Made by a program: the position numbers and the translations under genes. A stretch of 62,654 nt of DNA, filler included, from Choristocarpus tenellus KU-1152 (taxonomy: Eukaryota; Protista; Phaeophyceae): NCBI GenBank assembly GCA_964200185.2. It is 10 parts of 10 records of this genome, joined end to end, with 100 filler letters (N's around TTAATTAATTAA, not from the genome) between each part and the next. Parts side by side here need not be neighbours in the genome. Positions count along the whole stretch, not along the records: positions 45,661 to 53,003 come from CAXNAD020006306.1; positions 53,104 to 62,654 come from CAXNAD020003587.1; 8 more parts are not named here. One strand, 5' to 3'. Shown piece after piece: positions 48,582 to 61,654 of the stretch (position 1 is its first letter; each line of letters begins with the position of its first letter). Below the pieces are notes generated by a model that did not search any database, was not told the origin of the DNA, and saw nothing but the letters and a program-made list of their open reading frames with translations.

Positions 48582-50945
48582 ATGTGGGGCAGGGTCGTCT
48601 CAGACTTTGCGGGCAAAGGTGTTGGTCTAGCGGGCAAAGGCCTTGGAAAGGCAGTCGAGGCAGCATCTTATGTCGGAGAGGTGGTTGCTCCTGTCACCCC
48701 GGATGTCACACCAATCGAGGACGGCAGTTATCCCCACATAGCAAGACCCCCGAAATCATCGTCGGGAGAGGAAAACAATAGATTCCTGCAGGAGAAGTCA
48801 GAAAGAGACAGTGCCGAGATTGAGGAATTGAAGGTACTGCTTGACCAGAGTCATGCGGACCGTGCCCGTTCGGTGGAGGAGCTGTCTGGAGTGGAGGAAA
48901 AGTTCCACCAGAGCTTGCAAGGTTTTCAAGGTTTACTAAAGGAGCGTGAGCAGGAAATCGAAACGCTCCGAATTCGTGTTTCACAATTCGAGAGCACTCC
49001 TGGGCATCTCCCTGCAACAGGAGGCGACAGGGAAGTGATCGTCAACGGGGAAGGGATAGGAGGGGGATTGGAGGTAGCGAAGGTTATTGTTGAGCAGACT
49101 GCGGCACAAAAAATTGAAGACAATACTACAGGTACCCTGGCAGAGCGATCCCTTCCTTCTTCTGACAGAAAAGAGGAAGCTAGAACAAAACGCACGGTGG
49201 ATACTAGCTCGCAGGTGGACGAGAATTTGAAAGCATCTCAAGGCATGGATGAAGATAGCGTGGAGAGGGAATTATATCACTTGAGACGCAGCTTGGAGAA
49301 TTCTGAGGAGGAAAAACTTATTACTGCCCGCAGGGCAGGGGTTGCTGAAGGCGAGGCAAAGGCCCTAGCCGCAAGGGCTGGGGACCTTGAAATGGAGGTG
49401 GCAGGTTTGCGGGAGTCCCTTCAGGCGGCAGAAGAGGATGCTTCACAGATGTCTGAAAAAGCCAGGTCTCTGGAGTCTGATGTTGCACAGTTGCAGAGCT
49501 CAGTATTTTCTGCCTTTGCCGAGCTCCCAGGCGTGTGCAATGCAATTAAAAATGAGAATGCTGATGGACCTTCAATGAAGACCAGTGTGATGCAGATAGT
49601 GCACGGTGTGGTTGTAGCCCTTCAAGAGAAGGAGAGGCGAGAGAAGGAGTGGGGGGACAAACTGGCAGGGCTGGTTAAGGATCTTGCCCGGACTGGCGTT
49701 GTGGTAGGGGGGGAGATGAAGGGAAGGTCGACAGCGGGTTTAAAGGAGGACTTCGGGGACGGGATGAAAGGTGGAATGGATGTAATGCTCAGGGAATTCG
49801 AGGTTTTGGTGCAAGATATCGTTTCAAAGTTGGAGGGAACCCAAGGCAATGGTGGCCAGGAGGGCTTGCTAGCAGAGCTGGGGAAGCAGGAGAACACCAA
49901 CAAGCAGCTCAAGCAGGTGATCGTCCAGATGAGAGAGGTGAGCCGATCTCAAGGGCATGAAGCAGAGTCAATCCGCAAGGAGAGGGACTTGGCTGAAGAG
50001 GCTCGTTTACTTGCTATGTCAGAGAAGGCGTTCGCAGAGAGTGAGGCAAATATGCTCAAGGAAAAGTTGAGGAGGGCAGAGGACATGCTGAAGGAGAAGG
50101 AGACTGTGGGTAATGGGGAGGAAAAGCTGAGGGCTCACTTGGCAGAGGCTGAGGCGAAGGCCAGAAGGGAGTGTGATGCTCTTAGAGTTGAAGAGGCTGC
50201 TCTGACGGAAAATCTGATGACTGAGCGCAGAGACCATCAGGCTTCCTTGCGGAGGGAGGCAGCATTAGCAACAGAGGCGACTGCTTTGAGGGCGGACCTA
50301 TCGATAGCCACTGCAGACAAGAACATGGCAGAGACTGCACTGGAAAACCTCCAGTGTGTATTGGAGCAGTTTCAAAGAGAGCATACGACGGAAGCAGACG
50401 TGGCTGAGGCGCGGTGCCGGAAAGCTGTGGAAAAACAGGCAGCTGATTATGAAGTCAAGGAGGCGAGCCTCAAGGCTGTTTACGAATTGCGGCTGGAAGA
50501 GATGAAGAGATTGGAAGTACGATCCAGTTCCACGAAGGACAAAGAGATTGTGAGGATGCGTGAAGAGGTGCGCACTACCCGTACTGCCCTGGAAGCTGCC
50601 CTTGCTCAACTGCAGGAAGGGCAAGATGACACATTGGACAGGCGTCTGGTAACCAATCTTGTGGTCAGGTACATCGAGGCCCGTAACAAGAAGGAGGTAC
50701 TGGAAGTGATGGCTAGGATGCTCAACTTTACTCAGGAGGAGAAAGAGAGCGTGGGGCTTGGGCAGCACAGGTCGTCTCTTCCTGGACTGCTGACGGCCAT
50801 GTTCCGGCCTGGAGAGGAGGAGCATGCGGTCAGCACGGAAGAAATAACGGGTGACAACTTGTCCGACATGTGGATCAACTTCCTCATGGCTGAGACAGCG
50901 CAAGCTGAAGGGGCTCCTCACTCCGGGCTCCAACCTTCTCGCTAG
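48582..50945 (+). CDS. GRAB-domain golgin (GMAP-210/TRIP11/Rud3-like), 787 aa, single exon
   Basis: Long coiled-coil; C-terminal DRRLVTNLVVRYI..KKEVLEVMARMLNFTQEEKESVGL (GRAB) and NLSDMWINFLMAE (GA1 motif); amphipathic N-terminus. Confidence 0.88.
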   Translation: MWGRVVSDFAGKGVGLAGKGLGKAVEAASYVGEVVAPVTPDVTPIEDGSYPHIARPPKSSSGEENNRFLQEKSERDSAEIEELKVLLDQSHADRARSVEELSGVEEKFHQSLQGFQGLLKEREQEIETLRIRVSQFESTPGHLPATGGDREVIVNGEGIGGGLEVAKVIVEQTAAQKIEDNTTGTLAERSLPSSDRKEEARTKRTVDTSSQVDENLKASQGMDEDSVERELYHLRRSLENSEEEKLITARRAGVAEGEAKALAARAGDLEMEVAGLRESLQAAEEDASQMSEKARSLESDVAQLQSSVFSAFAELPGVCNAIKNENADGPSMKTSVMQIVHGVVVALQEKERREKEWGDKLAGLVKDLARTGVVVGGEMKGRSTAGLKEDFGDGMKGGMDVMLREFEVLVQDIVSKLEGTQGNGGQEGLLAELGKQENTNKQLKQVIVQMREVSRSQGHEAESIRKERDLAEEARLLAMSEKAFAESEANMLKEKLRRAEDMLKEKETVGNGEEKLRAHLAEAEAKARRECDALRVEEAALTENLMTERRDHQASLRREAALATEATALRADLSIATADKNMAETALENLQCVLEQFQREHTTEADVAEARCRKAVEKQAADYEVKEASLKAVYELRLEEMKRLEVRSSSTKDKEIVRMREEVRTTRTALEAALAQLQEGQDDTLDRRLVTNLVVRYIEARNKKEVLEVMARMLNFTQEEKESVGLGQHRSSLPGLLTAMFRPGEEEHAVSTEEITGDNLSDMWINFLMAETAQAEGAPHSGLQPSR

Positions 50946-50967
50946 TTGTGTGTGACGGCCTCTTTTA

Positions 50968-51010
50968 GTTGTTGTGGTTGCTGTTGTTGCTGTTGTTGCT
51001 GTTGTTGCTG
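50968..51010. repeat. (GTT/GCT)n microsatellite just 3' of the golgin
   Basis: Read directly from the sequence. Confidence 0.85.
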
Positions 51011-52699
51011 TCGTCTGTAGCACACACATGGGGTGACACGAATTTTAGCGCAGTGTTTATTTAGTTTTTTTTTTGTGTCGTGGTGGGGTGTTGTTTTGTG
51101 ATTGTTGTGCGTGTTGTCTCTGTCTCTTTTTTTTTTTTTAGCATTTTTTGTTGATTGGAGCTTTTGTTTTTGTTGTAAGGCAAAAAAACAAAACAAAACA
51201 AGGGGTTGTTTGTTCTCGTGCCGCTGCTGCTGATGTAGGGTTTTGTTATTACCTGGAGGGATGATGTAATCTGAATGTGTACCAGCACATCACGCTTGCT
51301 TGGTGTTTGGATCTGTAGCTCCTATCAGTTCTTTTGTTTTGTGCAGTGGAATTTTGCTCTTTCCTGTCTACAAATGCTTCCATGCTGCTTCAGGTGATGG
51401 TTGTTTTGTCTGCCGAGTTTTCACTGGGGGGTGGGGAAGTGGAAGCTCGGGGGTTTCGGAGTGGTTGTGTCGATAAGTCTTACTGCACTTCTGTCATATA
51501 GCTATTTTTGTTCAGGAGGGCTTTTAATGGAGGACTCTTTGGATATTTGCTTAGCCCTCGCACGGGTTTGCACCACCTCGGCAGGGGTGTGGCTCACTCT
51601 GACTCCATCTTGGATGTTGGTTGTATCTTTTCTGTGTCTCAAGAGGGGAATGTGAATTTGACCTGTGTACCTATTACATGCTTTTGTTTCTTTACGCTTT
51701 GTTGCTCTGATGCCCTTGGGTAGATGGAATTCAGTAACAAGAGTCTATTCTTATCACAACACACACAACGAGGAGGAGGGGGCGTGCTCAGGCGATGATG
51801 CTGTTAAGTCCCCCTTCACTTCTTCTTCTTCGAGATGATGATGATGAATGGTGTGTTTGGCCTCAGACTTGAGGATGCGACCCCTCTCTCCCTCTCTAAT
51901 GCAAGTTAAAAAAGAAGAAGAATACTATTCTGCTACGAAGGAGTAGTGTGGCGCATGGCATGGCCTCTCGGTAAAACCACTCCACTGGGTGTTTTGTCTA
52001 CTCTTTCAGTATGTAGGAAACCCGAAACGTCCTCTCTTTCTAAGAACAAATCAAACGGTAATCTCCCCCTGCTGTGCTACAGGAGAGAGACCACCCTGTC
52101 TTGATTATTCCTCAAATCAAGATGAAAGATAGTACGGGTCTGAACTTTTGTGTTGAAGGTGCATATGCTCCTTGTGTGGCAGAGACTGGTTACCAAGGAA
52201 GCAGTGTGGTGTTCAGTATGTGTGTATATATATATATATGTATATATTGATGTCTTACACAGGCTCGAGGGGAAGGCGTGTTGAAGAATTTGGCAGCAGC
52301 TCCTCTGTAGTGTGTGCATGCATGTACACAGGGCAGGGATGTGGCGGGGGTGAGCGATCGATCTCGTCTCTAATTACGATCTCGTCTCTAATTATCAGTC
52401 AACAAAGTAATTTGGTATTGTCAGACGTGCAAGGCAAACAGTGCACAACGAGTGATTTAAAAAGAACAACGGGATTTCATTTCGCGCAGTGTGGTAAGGT
52501 GTAGGTAACGGCCACAGCCGAACCTGTCAGAAAGACAAATACAACACTGCAAAAATGTGCTAAGTGGCTACTTACTGTAGCGGGTCATCCTGCGGGTCGA
52601 CGGCCTCCTATCTTTTTTTATTTTATTATCATTTAAAAAAAAATCGGATATCGGAATTTCTTGTGCTGAGTTCAAGCTCAGGGTCACAGACCGATCGAC

Positions 52700-52980
52700 G
52701 AGGGAGAGGTGGAGGGCAGGTTCAAACCTTTTTTTGTTTTCTGAGCCATCTTTTTTTTTTACCCTGCGCAAATACGATCTGTTTTGTTGCTCTATGTGCA
52801 CAATATTACACAGTGTACCACACGTATAGAGCGACCCCACAAAATGAAGGTGAAGGCTCTCTCCTCCATCTAAAATTGTACAAAATGATTACTTTTTTTT
52901 TCTTTTTTTTTCAAGACTCCTTTTTCACGATTCTTAAAATGCAACCCTGCCTACCTACCCCTCAGTTAGTTTGGCTGTCA
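52700..52980 (-). mobile_element. MITE family 2 copy near contig end
   Basis: Ends TTAAAATGCAACCCTGCCTACCTACCCCTCAGTTAGTTTGGCTGTC. Confidence 0.6.
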
Positions 52981-54703
52981 GAAAGAACCCCCCCCCCCAC
53001 CTCNNNNNNNNNNNNNNNNNNNNNNNNNNNNNNNNNNNNNNNNNNNNTTAATTAATTAANNNNNNNNNNNNNNNNNNNNNNNNNNNNNNNNNNNNNNNNN
53101 NNNCCCCCCAGATACTTTGGGTCTGTTCAACAGTTCATTGTTAATGCTAGCGTAGTATCGAATTCGACAGTATCACAGTGCCCTGCGATCAGTACATTTC
53201 AGAGCTTTTGCATTTCACCTACCCTATGACCACACAGCCATCCTCTACCTCAGAGTAAAATTAAATACAAATGCTGATGTGTAGGTCAGTAGAATAAGTA
53301 CGACGTGCCTTCTATTTGTTACATGTATTCTGTGGGTCATATTTATGACGTAGAACGTATCTCTTGAATTATGTCTCCCTTTTTTTTGTGATGAAAGAAC
53401 GGTTCACCAGAAAAGCTACTGAAGGTTGACCATGGCCAACAAAAATTTAATGGGGTGAACATGAACTTTTTCAAGTAGTTGTGAAGTGTACAGATATTCT
53501 ACAGTTATAGGAACCTACTTGTGTAAGAGGTAGTGATCTTTCCCTATGTTTTAAGCAGCAGCAAAAGGTGAAGGAGAAGTGGTGGGCGTACCATGGACTC
53601 TCTACTGTGAGACTGATAATGCCTTTTACGTTCCTGTTACCTTCAACCTTGACCCCTTTGCTGTAGGTAGTACCCCCAGTGGATTGGAGTGGTCGAGCTT
53701 TGTTCCTTGAAACTTGCACAAGGAACCCTTTGACATTGAGAAAAATATATATATCCTTCAGTATTTATTGTTGATCATATGTAGAAAATCACTGTATCTG
53801 AGGTGAGGGACCCAAATTGAGCACTTCAACCTGAGTCAAGCGATTTCTTGGTCCCAGGATTTCTTGGTCACAGGATTTCTTGCCTTCGATTGGATTTTGG
53901 TCACCTAAAGCACTTTTCAAAATAATACAATTCTTTGATATGAGGCAACATCACTGCCACACTCCCAATGAGGTACCAACCTGCCAGCACCATGCTCCTT
54001 AATATTCTGTAATCAACATCAACAGATCCTAGATCTGATCCCCAAATGCAACCATTTTCATTCTGACCAGGCACTGGAGTGTCATTCAAACCTTGTCCAG
54101 TATCAGGGGAATGCAGTTGTTGGACAAGAACATAGGATGGGCAGATTGTGGATTCCGACAGTAAAAGCTCCCCCACCAAAAATAGAGAGTCAAAATCGCA
54201 ATAGATTACTCCCTATTCATGTGCTTCACATACTGTATTAAAAAAGCATGACGTGTTATTTTTGATCATCAGTTCTACATTTTCTTATCTACTACGGAAA
54301 AAGAATGTGTAGTTGGTTCTAGACCCCTGTAATGCACTGCTGTTCGAGTACTACATGGTTCTCTTGGCGCACTATAGGCAGAGTAGATCACCTGCCCTCG
54401 ATTGATAGTTCTGGTCATGTTGTGTTTTCAAGTTTTTCTCATGTTATGTTACACAGAACACTCCTCTTCCATACATATCCTAACCTTTTTGACCTCCTTG
54501 TCATTTTATTTTGAAGTACAACACATGTCCAGAGGCTGACAATCACGCATGCTCAAACTCGTAAATACTTACTCCTAGGAGGTCTCAACCACAAAGTAAT
54601 TCTGTTATCCTATCGCCATTCCCCATAAATCCGCTTGACCCCTTCCCCTTCCAAACGCAACCCTTCTGCTCAAATATTTGTTTCTCAATTCTCATTTGCT
54701 CAG

Positions 54704-55252
54704 GTTCTGTTTGTGCTCGGCCTTCCTTTCTTGACAGCCTTCACCTTTACCATCCCAGATTGTGGTAATCCCAAATGGGAGAATTGGTACGTGCTGTCAT
54801 TCCTGTCAAGCCTGTTGTGGATTAGTGTGCTCACACATTTCATGGTAAGTTGGGCAACTGTTGTTGCATGTCGACTGTCAGTCAGTCCAATATTCATGGG
54901 TTTGGTCATCCTTGCCATTGGAACGTCTGTCCCGGATGCTCTGGGCTCTATGATCGCTGCTCGTAGTGGGGAGGCAAACATGGCAATCGCCAACGCCATT
55001 GGAAGCAATGTGTTTGATATCCTACTGGGGCTTGGTTTGCCTTGGATGATGCGAACAATTATCCTAGGAGAGGATATGCCAGTGAACAAGGAAGGCATCG
55101 CCACCAATCTGGCCATCCTTTTCGGCACTGTCACTGTGTTCGTGGCCTGCCTACAGTTCAACTCCTGGAAGATGAACACACGCACAGGGCTATTCCTCTT
55201 TGGTCTTTACCTCCTCTTTGTGACGTACATAATTATTCAAGAGATTTTTTAG
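54704..55252 (+). CDS. K+-dependent Na+/Ca2+ exchanger (NCKX/SLC24-type), last exon
   Basis: TIPDC..W, MGLVILAIGTSVPDA and NAIGSNVFDILLGLGLPW (alpha-2 repeat); acceptor cag at 54701-54703; stop TAG ending 55252. Confidence 0.93.
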   Translation, partial: VLFVLGLPFLTAFTFTIPDCGNPKWENWYVLSFLSSLLWISVLTHFMVSWATVVACRLSVSPIFMGLVILAIGTSVPDALGSMIAARSGEANMAIANAIGSNVFDILLGLGLPWMMRTIILGEDMPVNKEGIATNLAILFGTVTVFVACLQFNSWKMNTRTGLFLFGLYLLFVTYIIIQEIF

Positions 55253-57363
55253 AAGGAGAAAGTTCGAGGGCACTCAACACACCATAGATCAGCGCCATGG
55301 ATACGTACAAACTTTCATACTATAATGTGTAGATGAGAAATTCTCTTTTGTTGAGGAGTGCTGTCCTCTTTGGGGGGAGTGGTAAGATGGAAGAGACCCT
55401 TTGGCGGTGGCGGTGGCACTGGCAGACAGGAATACTCAAGCCATACCATGAGAGGCAATCTTCTGTATGTGGTTGGAAGTGGAAGGAACAGTCCAAGGCG
55501 AGTAATTCCGTTTAAACCTCATTTTCTTGGTGTGCTTCATCACCACTTCAAACTATGTTTGTGACAAGGGAGTTGGTTAGCGAGTCAATATTAATAGAGT
55601 GTCACATGTGGGCAACGGCATGAACAGCAGCAGTAGCAGTAGCTTCTAAAGTCCAATGGTAGCTTTGTACAGAGTATGTCATGTTGTGTGTAGCTCTTGG
55701 GACAGTTCAAGAGGGTGGTCCCTTTGCTTTCGCACCCAATAACTGATGAGAGAAAATGATGTTCCAATAGGTAGGCATGGGGGCAACTGAGCAACAGATC
55801 GTTTTTTATCCAGGAATTGGATTGCAAAATGAACTACAAATTCACCCATATTTAGTGATTGCTGAAGAAAGGATTGCTAGGGCAATACCTCAATTACTCA
55901 GGAATTCTTTACCAATAGAAGGGCATGAACAACCAAACAATCCACTGTGTGTACACTATGACACACACAAGTGGGTTTGCTTTTGATTTGGTCACACAAT
56001 GTCTTGTTCGTCAACCTACTGCATAGAGCTCTTGGGCTTTTTGAGAAAGCGATCTTCTAGACAGTGCTCTTGCGTACTTTGATCAAAGAATACTTAACCA
56101 CGGAAAATACTCATCACATCCATGATACAGTGGATTCCTGCTTTGTCATGAGAGAAAGGACAAACAAAATGCACATAAAATATTGAGATAAAGTGTCCTA
56201 GAGGGGGTATGTACGGTTAGAACACTGAACCATAAGGATCTGTGGGAGGGCCTTCATTTAGTCTTTTTTTAACCACTTGTACATCCCTCCACTTTTAAAT
56301 CCACAACACCTCTGTTCTATCCACAACACCTCATCTGCCACACCCACAGGAAACAAAACACAAAACAACTCTGCATGCATTTTCAGCACAGAAGGAAGTC
56401 AGGCACAACATAAAAAAGACCTTGAAAATCCAAATAGGCCAAGGCCTCTCTCTGTCTGCAATGCTGTGACTCCATGACCTCAACTGAAATAAAACCCTTA
56501 CGTCCTCGACACTCCATCAGAAATATTGAACAAGCAACCACATACTGCACCCTCCACTGAAACCAAGATGGAACATATTGTTCATCAAGAAAGATGCTCT
56601 GACAGTGCAACAGGGTTCAATCACTGCCACAGGTACATAGAACAAGGCTACAACTAGGCCAGCAACATGCTCCAAAAAAAAAACTGATCTCATCTGTAGT
56701 GCATGTGGCATGCACCTTGCATGCCCCCCCTTAGCCTTTCTAGCCTCAAAAATAGTCTCTCTTGCCGAGGCACTTATAAATCCCATTCCAAACCAATGAT
56801 GCAACGATGCATTGCCACTGATAGAAACAAGAGTCAACCTCAGGGATCCCTGAAGGCATCTTGGGACAAGAGGAGAGAGCCACAGCACACAGCCTCTGAG
56901 AAAAAAGAAGAAATTGCATTTTCATATTTTCAGCTTAACTGGTACCAGTGCAGACAAGGTCTGTGAGGGACCAAGAGGACATGTTGACAGCAGTAGGACG
57001 ACATCTTGAGTCCATTTTTGCATGCCTTCTCTTGTTCCCCTCTTCAACGACAGGACAATTCTGTCCAAACCAAGATCTCCTCAAAGAGCCAGTGCAAAGG
57101 GGAAACAGACGCTCCCTTCGGCACACAATATCTGGAAAATGCTTTTTAGTGGGTAGCCATGGGTGAACACTAGGCCCTTAACTTAGAACTCTTTATTCCT
57201 ACAGCATCTGGAGAACATACAACACCTGCATCCTCAATCAACATACCTGTAGGTTACCAATCAAACACTACTGAAAGAGTCTATCCTGTATATATTATGT
57301 ACCCTGACATCACATGGAATCAATCCCACTCTCTCTATCATCACCTATAGTTCTAGAGAGGTG

Positions 57364-60300
57364 TCAGGAGCTTGGTGCTGGTCCTGGTCCACCATTGCTC
57401 TCCAATTGCCCTCCCTCCTCTGCATCCTCCTCCCCCTCCTCCCCTTGAATATCTGCGTCATCAAACTGGCCTGGTCCCATGGCACAGTCCAACGGGAGTT
57501 GGAGGTGGGGAAAAAAAAAAAAAAAAAATTGGTGGAGGGTGGTTAGACTGTGAACGAGGAACACAGATTCAGGCAATTCCACATCACAATATCAACCACA
57601 ACATGGAACTCCATTAGAAGCACCTGAAAAAAAAAGAAGCAGCAAGAGTGGTCAGGGGTCAGCAGTTGGCGTATGCCAAGACCTCTCATGGTTAAGGCCA
57701 TTCTGAACCCTGCCAATATTGCCAAGTAGAGTGTCATATGCAAATCACCACTCAGACCTAAAGAAGACACACTCTGTACAATACTGCGAACATAACTATC
57801 ACCCAATTACAATTGCATTTTTGTTTTTCCTATCCTCTCCACTAAACAATGCTGACATCAAACTTGGCACAATTTTCCTCTTCGTATGCTAGGTGTAGAA
57901 AAAAAAAACATGGAGCGTAAACCAGCGGAACCCTCCCCCCACTTCCCTTCCCCTCAATGAATCTACTTTACTCAGGATATAGAGAGTACAAGGGCGGGGG
58001 TGGGGATGCATAATCACAGCATTTATCTTTTTGTCACTTTCCAGTGAACCGCAATAGTTATCCATGTATCTCAACACCTTACCTTCATGTACCTCCATTC
58101 CATCTGGCACCACCAGTACAGAGTCAAGATGTGCCAGTACCCTCGCTTGCTCCGCATTCAAAGTCACGCTTGTGGAATTTTTTTCATCGATAGTGTATCA
58201 ATATCGACATCAGGTTGATTACAGCAGAACAGGGGGAAATGGAGAACGGAGGGGGGGAAGGCTTCATGAAACAGAGTGGAAGATTAAAAAATTCACAGTA
58301 GTGGGGCAATTTGGTTGTCTGCTACATAGCTATGCCCATCTAACAAAACAATAAAATTCGCTCACGGATGACACCATAGTTCTCCACCTTTAATCAGTTT
58401 CCACTGACCCTCCTCATACACTGATACAACTCAGGGATAATATCCGTAAAAACCTTCAGAACCAAAGTAGTCCATTCCTTACCAGCATGAGACCTCTCCC
58501 CTGTCTTCTGCATCACACACCAGATTAGTCTCTATTCTACGAACACTCCAATCATGTAAAACAAGCCACTACAGTAGAACTAATTTTCACACCTGTCATG
58601 ATCAAAAATAAGCTCGTCATCACCCTCCTGATGTCCCGCCTCCATAGGATCCGGATTCAGCTCAGCCGCCCGTGAGAATGCATCAAACATAGGTTGTAAC
58701 TGCTCCTTGTCCCCAGGAGCAAAAAATACCTCTTTCAACAAGTCCTCTTCCTCTTCGGCCAGCTTTTTTGAAACCCAAGGATATAAACAAGTCTTTTGGT
58801 GTACTTTCATCATCCTATGACAGACTAAGGTAAAACTAACATACCAATAGTGAGCTAAGGCAAGGTGGGGCAATTTGTGGGCCATCAACAGGGTAAGTCA
58901 GCACATGTTTGAGAGGCTCATGGCAGGGTTCTATTTGAAGAGACGGAAAGATGTGAGCATACACTGCAATAGGGGAAAAGGGGGAAGAAAAGTGATCTTG
59001 ACCTTGCCAGAGAGACTGCTGGTCATGTTTGAAGCATTGATGGGGAAAAATCAGCACCACACTACAGCATAGGAGAGAACAAACCTACATAATATTCATG
59101 TGGTGGTAAGTGGCATATAGATACAATGCAAGAACACTATCTGCAACATCTTTTTTACTTGCTTTCCCAACATACAACCCAAGACAAATGAAAGCATCAG
59201 GCTGCACTTGCCAACAGTACAAACTAAAAACAAACCGGTCCTCCTCATCTCACAAACAGTTACAAGCAGCTACAAATTATGCCCAAACAGTTGAAGAACT
59301 AGTTCTGTATCTCATAGTGCACTTCAGCACAACATGTTCTATGCAAAGCTTGATATGTACCTGGCAGTAAAGGCAGGGTGATGGGAATGTCTCTGGGTCC
59401 CTGGATACAGCATGAAGACAAAAGTAGGGCACATCAAATTCAAAGGCCTTGGACACATCCTCTTGACTTAGCCAGACCACACGACTGATGCCCACATGTT
59501 GACAAACACACAATACAATACAAGAGTGAAACACCCCAGCAAACAAAAACTATGGGTTCAGATGCCATCAAAGAACTTTTTTTTGTCATTTCATTGCCTG
59601 GCATGTCCATCTGCCAGGTAGCATGTAGCTTAAGTTTTTCTTAAATAAAACAAACAAGTGCGCACACAAAAACACACATAAACACACAGCAAAAAGTTGA
59701 CAGACATGTTCCATGACAGGTGTAAGTAGTACATTGGAGTCGATCAACACAACCTACAGACGTCATCGCGGTGATATACCCACAAAAAGACAGTCAATGC
59801 AAACAATTTATCTAGGAGCTCTCTCTACTGTTGACAAAACTTGACAACCTACTACCGATACTGCAGTGCGATAAAAAAGTATGTTGGACCTTTCGCCAGC
59901 AACATCTGCAAATACACCAACAGTACAGTAGCAGCAGTCTCTTTCCTCGATACAACCAAGTGTGTTGCCTGCACATTGCGCCATTTTTTTCTCAGGGACC
60001 CATTCATCTTACCCCAGCACCAGCAATCACGATCTCCCATGGAAAAAATGAAAAATCTCATTTAGCTTCATCTGTTAAAAGTGGGTTCCCTGCTAATGCC
60101 ATCCACCATAAACAATTAATAGTACTTAGTAGAGATCCAACAACACTACAAGAGTGATCCAAATACAGGAAGCGCATCCAACATTCTACCCCCCATGTAC
60201 CATCTAGAACCAACTCCCTCTCCTTCAAATAAAGATAGGGACACACACACACACACAAACATACTACTCTGCATAAACACGAACATTCACACTCCTAACC

Positions 60301-61654
60301 TCAAACTCAACACATTAAGTGATAACATTATCTCCTCACCTGCTTGTGATGAAGAGATTTCCTAGTCCTTCAGGAGTCTCTTTGGAGAAGGCAAGAGTGA
60401 CGTTTAGGCACTTCAAGAGGACCTGAATGACAGGGGGGGTGGGGCAAAAGGAATGTGAGGCTTATACGCCTGGCAAATGGGGAATGCACATTACCCCTTA
60501 TTGCACATGTCATAGAATTCATACAACTGGTCTCGAGCAAAGGCATTGTTGCTATAAGCTGGTACACAAACCCTTGCTACTTTTCTGGGCTTTTAGAAAG
60601 GAGGTGTGCATACTTACATGTGTTAGGGGGGCCCTTCGGGGCATTCATTTTTCAGTTTCAAGTCTGGCAAGGTCCACATCCATGGTTGCAGCAACTGTTA
60701 CATTCAAATTTCCATGAACAAAAGGAGGGAGTTCATGGATGCTACTTACCCAATGCCAGTATGTCTACTCTTACCATCGCCTCTATAAGCTGGCAACTTG
60801 AGAGAATCGATGTTTACGTTCGTCTTAAGTCCAAAATACAACCCATGACACGCCTCGAAGTCCCGTAATAGAAAATTTGAACTTGGAGTTTCTCGATTGC
60901 TATTGGGCATTAAGGCTCCCTAAGGTAAATTTCGACCTGCGGAAGTAACTAAATAACACGACTCAACAATAAAGACCGTGCGGTGCCACCGTTCGTCAGG
61001 CGTGTCAAGCAGGGGGCATGCACGAGCAGACACTCTGTCACATTAAACAGATTCACAACGACAGCAGTGCTGACTTGGTGTGTGGATTGGGGTTACTTCT
61101 GCATAACGCTGGTGGTGTGTATCTACTCTAATCAAAACAGGCAAGGAATCTTCACTGCGTTCGTGAAGGTTGTCCACGAAATTTAGATCCCCCCCGTCGG
61201 CGAACCAGAACACTCACTATTTATGCAAGGAAAACTGAAGCACCTTCTACAAGCAAAAGGTACCAAGAGGTTGGAAATTAATATCGCACTTCATAGGTGA
61301 AGATACTTTGCCTCTCGACAAAAAAAGGTGTCCAACATGTAGTGTAGCACATTTAAGTTCTGCATCAATGCAAACTCAAATTTCCCAGTATCTACTCTGT
61401 AATATAGAGATTAGGCCTCACGGACACACCAACATCATTATTTTGTAGTGATGTAATGTATGAGGGGTGCGCAAATACTAGAGTGAGTAAGACTTGGAGA
61501 GTGGTTACTCAATTCGAGATAGTTCAACAGATCGATTAGACTAGCTGAGCTGCATCAGTCTCACCGACTCTTCTGGGTCAGTGAAACTTGGTTCGGTCCC
61601 CTCATCATCCCTATCGCAGTATGGTCGAACCGTTGGCTTTGGAGGGCAGAACAT
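57364..61654 (-). CDS. CLNS1A: pICln (methylosome subunit, ICln/Voldacs family); exons 61654-61565, 60422-60340, 59484-59361, 58762-58593, 58168-58083, 57470-57364
   Basis: GLGNLFITSSRVVWL, LHAVSRDPETFPSPCLYCQ, MFDAFSRAAELNPDP, C-terminal GQFDDAD; all five introns GT-AG and in phase. Confidence 0.92.

Noticed and set aside
38018-50945. Functional clustering of the desaturase, ankyrin, ParB-like and golgin genes
   Set aside because: Each lies on a different contig joined by artificial linkers.
50298-51029. 243-aa minus-strand ORF
   Set aside because: Antisense shadow of the golgin CDS plus a microsatellite.
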